Below, in pieces: positions 60,637 through 64,000 of a DNA stretch of 64,000 bases (within the stretch, counting starts at the first letter, position 1; every line of letters begins with the position of its first letter). Source of the stretch: Candidatus Latescibacterota bacterium. Its GTDB lineage: Bacteria > Latescibacterota > UBA2968 > UBA8231. The position numbers were made by a program, and so were the translations under genes. Under the pieces are notes generated by a model that was not told the DNA's origin, did no database searches, and saw only the letters and a list, made by a program, of their open reading frames with translations. The stretch is taken from NCBI GenBank assembly GCA_965248265.1, contig CBDFJF010000001.1, positions 2,944,001 to 3,008,000 of the forward strand. The letters are read 5' to 3'.

Positions 60637-61317
60637 CTACCCCTCATCCTCCTTGGCCCAATGCTCTTCCTTCAGGATCGTGATCGTGCGGCCCTTGGTG
60701 ACGATGTAGCCCTGGCTTTCCAGTCGTTTCAACACCCGGGATACGGTCTCACGTGTCGTGCCGGACATGTTGGCCAGCTGTTGATGGGTTGGACGAGTCG
60801 CCAGGTGTATGCCCTCTTCGCGTTGTTCGCCCTGGTCGGTGGCCAATTGCAGCAGGGTTTCCGAAATGCGACTTGTCACATCCAGCAGAGCCAGGCCCTC
60901 GATCTTGCGATCGGTTTTGCGCAGACGCGCCGCCAGCTCGGCCAGCAACGCGATGGCGATTTTAGGCACCTTGTAGATGAGCTGAAGGAAGTCGGCTCTT
61001 CGCACCATGTAGAGCCCCGTGTTCTCCGTCGCCACGACGTTGGCCGAACGCGGTTTGCCGTCCAACAGGGACAGCTCACCGAACACAGCTCCGTTGCCGA
61101 GCAAAGACAGAATGACCTCGCGACCGTCCTCGCTGACGATACTGACTTTGACTTGCCCCGATTCGATAATGAAACAGGCATCCCCTTCTTCTTCCGCCAG
61201 AATGATGATCTGGTCCTTGTCGTAGGTGCGGCTGATGGTAACCTTGGCGATGGCCTCGAGATCTTCATCCGTCAGTCCTTCGAACAGGGGCACCTTGCGC
61301 AGGAAAGAAGTATCCAT
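60637..61317 (-). CDS. CRP/FNR-family regulator (cNMP-binding type)
   Basis: FGELSLLDGKPRSA cNMP pocket; HTH GTTRETVSR. Confidence 0.93.
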   Translation of the reverse strand: MDTSFLRKVPLFEGLTDEDLEAIAKVTISRTYDKDQIIILAEEEGDACFIIESGQVKVSIVSEDGREVILSLLGNGAVFGELSLLDGKPRSANVVATENTGLYMVRRADFLQLIYKVPKIAIALLAELAARLRKTDRKIEGLALLDVTSRISETLLQLATDQGEQREEGIHLATRPTHQQLANMSGTTRETVSRVLKRLESQGYIVTKGRTITILKEEHWAKEDEG

Positions 61318-61395
61318 CCGTATCCTCTCTGTCAGTGTGCGGTACGAGGTGCGACGTGGCTCATCAGGTCAATGTCGCCCGCTTCCATGGTCGTG

Positions 61396-64000
61396 TTATT
61401 CCTCAAGTCGCTCCAACTGTTTGCGTGCGTCCTTGCCAAAATCGCTGTCGCTGCCTTCACGCTGAATGATTTCGTTGTAAATATTCTTCGCCGCCGAATT
61501 CTGACCGAGCTTTTCATGACACTGAGCGCGTTCATAGTCCGCCGTCGTAATCCACCCGGAAAACGCATCAGCGCCTTCGAAACGCACCCTGTAATAGGCC
61601 TCAACCGCTTTACTGTATTCGCCCATGTTCTGGAAAGCCTTGCCAATGTGAAAGCGGGCATTGGCAGCGTCGTTGCCTTGAGCCCAGGACAATACACCCG
61701 TGAAGTGCTCTATCGCCAGAGCGTATTGGCCCTGCTCGATCAACACGTTTCCGATTTCAAGCTGCGTTTCTTTCGTTTTCGGGTGATCGGGAAACTGCTC
61801 CAGCAAGCGTGCGGCGATCTCGTGTGCGTCGGCATACTCGTAGGCCTTCAGGTAGCAGTTCAACAACATCCAGATGGCGTCCTGCTTTTTGGTCAACGGA
61901 GCAGTAGGGGTCTGCAGAACCCGGCGAAAATCCGCAGCCGCCATCAGGTAATTCTTGAAGGTGTAGTTGAAGGTCCCAACGCGAAGACGGATATCGACCG
62001 CGTGCGGGCTGTCGACGTAGTCAGCCAGGAATCGCCGCTGGGCCTCGAGCGCCAGCACCAATCCCTCCTCGCTGGGATCCTTTTTGTTTTGCCGCCACTT
62101 TGAAGTAGCCAGGTAGTAACCGGCCGCGGCCGCAGGCGCTATGGCCATGTTGGCGAGGTCTGCGTCCCGTTCAGAAAAATCGCCCAATTCAATCATTTTT
62201 TTTCGGCTCTTCTTCTCCACCTGAGAGAACAGCTTCTGTGCGCGCTCGTGCTCACCACCGCGAAGATACAGGCGCCCTTCTTCCAGCTGCACCAGGACGT
62301 TCCATACGTCGTCGTCGATTCCCTTGCTGAGCTTGCGCCCCTCTTCGAGCCGGCTCAGCCGGTACAGGGCCACGGAGGCGCGCCCGATAAGGCGGGGTGA
62401 CGCCGCCTCTTTCAGCAACTTTGTGTAAATCTCATACGCCTGGTCATACCGACCAAGCTCAAAGAGCAGGTCGGCGGATTCAACTCGGGCTTGCACCAGA
62501 AGAGCGCTGGATGCGTAATCGCGTTGCAGGTCAGAGAATGCGTCAACGGCATCTTCGAGCCGGCCCAACTCAATCAACAAGGCTCCTCGATTGAATGCCA
62601 GACTGTCTGCCCCCGGGGCATGGGGTTCCTCCCTCAACATCGAGGCATAGAGCTCCAGGGCCTCGACGGGGTAACCGGCGGCACGGTAGGCCATCGCCAG
62701 ACGTCGACGCAGGTCGAAGACATGCTCGGGTCGGGGTTGTGATTCCAGCAGCCGCTGGTACTGGCCGATGGCGGTGCGGAATTCCCCAAGCTGGAAATTG
62801 GTCGCGGCCAGTTTCTCGCGCACCATTCGACGACGCGGATAGGCAGGGTAAGCCGCTAGCAGCTCACGAAAGCGAGAGACCGCGTGGCGGGGCTGATCCG
62901 CGGCGACCAGGGCATAGCCCAATTCGACAAGAATCTCGGGTACCAGGGCGCGGCCGGCGTGTTGGTTGAGCAGTGCCTGCAACGAGTCGACGACGCCTTC
63001 GCGGCCCAGGCCGGCAAAACACAGGGCCCGGCCAAAGCGGGCACGGACGGCCAGCTCAGGCTCTGGCGCCAGGTCCAAAAGCTGCTCGTATGCACTGAGT
63101 GCTGGCGCCAGTATCGCCACGTCGTCGGCGGCAAGTTGGCGCCTGGTATCACCCAACAACAACAGGGCCTGAACACGGGTCTCGGCAGCAACGGCATCGG
63201 CGGCGATTTGAGCGCTCAGGGAATCGCTCAAGAAGGAACTCAAACCACCCTCCAATACCCGCAGGCGAGTGGAGTCTGGCGCTCCTAAGGCCTCTACCTC
63301 AACCAGGCGAAGTTGCGCGCGCCGAGAAAACGGAGAGCCCTTCGTGGCCAGAATCCGGTGTTCTTCGAGGCCGAGCAATCTCAGGGAGTCTGCCTGGGCC
63401 TTCTCGCCTTCGATTTCCCGTTTCCGGCTCAGTCTCAACAGGCATTCGGCAAGCACGTATTGCGCTTGCGCGGCATCAGGGTCATCAGGATAGGATGCCA
63501 CGTAGGTCTCAAACGTGCGCACGGCATTGCCATAATCCTGATGTTGCCGCAGGGTGAGGGCGAGGTCGAACATCAGCGCCCGACGCGAACGTCCGTTGAT
63601 ATCATCTATCGTGATTTGGCGCAATGCACCGTCCAACCCGTCCTGATCCCGGATCGTGAATTCGCTCAGTAGTTCGATTCGTTCGCGCACCCGGCGAGCG
63701 TGGTTGTGGTCGGGGAAGCGCTCAAGGAAGACACGGTATTCGTGCAACGCCCGCCCGGTTTCACCGGCGGTCTCGAAGGCTGCAGCAAGGCTGCGCTGCA
63801 CCTCGGGTTGCAGCAGCGCTGACGCATTCTGCAGGCTCTCGAAGAGCTCGATCGCCCTGGCACTTTGCCCGGCTGAGTCGTACAGCTTGGCCATCTGCAG
63901 ACGGACCCACTCCTGCTGATGCTGTGACTCTGCGAACGTGGGACCTTGTCTGTCAGCTTCAGATAAGTACTCATCGTACCATACGGATGAGCGGGTGTAA
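61396..64000 (-). CDS. Large TPR-repeat protein, 5' end beyond the window
   Basis: Many TPR units ending FPD/YPD. The frame stays open from 63894 to the window edge. Confidence 0.88.
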   Translation of the reverse strand, partial: YTRSSVWYDEYLSEADRQGPTFAESQHQQEWVRLQMAKLYDSAGQSARAIELFESLQNASALLQPEVQRSLAAAFETAGETGRALHEYRVFLERFPDHNHARRVRERIELLSEFTIRDQDGLDGALRQITIDDINGRSRRALMFDLALTLRQHQDYGNAVRTFETYVASYPDDPDAAQAQYVLAECLLRLSRKREIEGEKAQADSLRLLGLEEHRILATKGSPFSRRAQLRLVEVEALGAPDSTRLRVLEGGLSSFLSDSLSAQIAADAVAAETRVQALLLLGDTRRQLAADDVAILAPALSAYEQLLDLAPEPELAVRARFGRALCFAGLGREGVVDSLQALLNQHAGRALVPEILVELGYALVAADQPRHAVSRFRELLAAYPAYPRRRMVREKLAATNFQLGEFRTAIGQYQRLLESQPRPEHVFDLRRRLAMAYRAAGYPVEALELYASMLREEPHAPGADSLAFNRGALLIELGRLEDAVDAFSDLQRDYASSALLVQARVESADLLFELGRYDQAYEIYTKLLKEAASPRLIGRASVALYRLSRLEEGRKLSKGIDDDVWNVLVQLEEGRLYLRGGEHERAQKLFSQVEKKSRKKMIELGDFSERDADLANMAIAPAAAAGYYLATSKWRQNKKDPSEEGLVLALEAQRRFLADYVDSPHAVDIRLRVGTFNYTFKNYLMAAADFRRVLQTPTAPLTKKQDAIWMLLNCYLKAYEYADAHEIAARLLEQFPDHPKTKETQLEIGNVLIEQGQYALAIEHFTGVLSWAQGNDAANARFHIGKAFQNMGEYSKAVEAYYRVRFEGADAFSGWITTADYERAQCHEKLGQNSAAKNIYNEIIQREGSDSDFGKDARKQLERLEE

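Noticed and set aside
60661-62103. Long antisense ORFs (this 480-aa one, also 14713-15774 and 2920-4011)
   Set aside because: They are shadow frames opposite well-supported genes, expected in GC-rich DNA, and carry no protein motifs.

Overview
GC-rich bacterial chromosomal window containing the replication origin. The lineage is probably FCB-group, possibly Ca. Latescibacterota; this is inferred from gene content and was not verified. Core: gyrA-gyrB-dciA-recF-dnaN-[oriC]-dnaA on the minus strand, divergent from rpmH-rnpA-yidD-yidC-mnmE-[2 parS]-rsmG-pgsA-tmk-ctpA-rng-rplU-rpmA. Left of this lie an aspartokinase operon, a double-MBL hydrolase, a sugar-ABC/sulfatase/sthA operon and three tRNAs. 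Right of it lie two convergent complex II operons (frdABCD and sdhCAB), sucCD, a diheme cytochrome c, two glycosyltransferases, tandem DUF151-UVR genes, a Cys-type ccm operon, an HtrA, a sigma54 activator, a CRP and a large TPR protein. No CRISPR, prophage or transposase was seen. Best leads: (1) an intact DapA-fold protein lacking its catalytic residues, translationally coupled to aspartokinase; (2) a roughly 295-nt structured non-coding transcript with its own promoter and terminator at 45.2-45.5 kb; (3) two DnaA-box/IHF-like clusters outside oriC; (4) a GyrA C-gate-like segment inside the S41 protease; (5) a structured leader RNA upstream of rng. All calls were made by eye, with no searches run.
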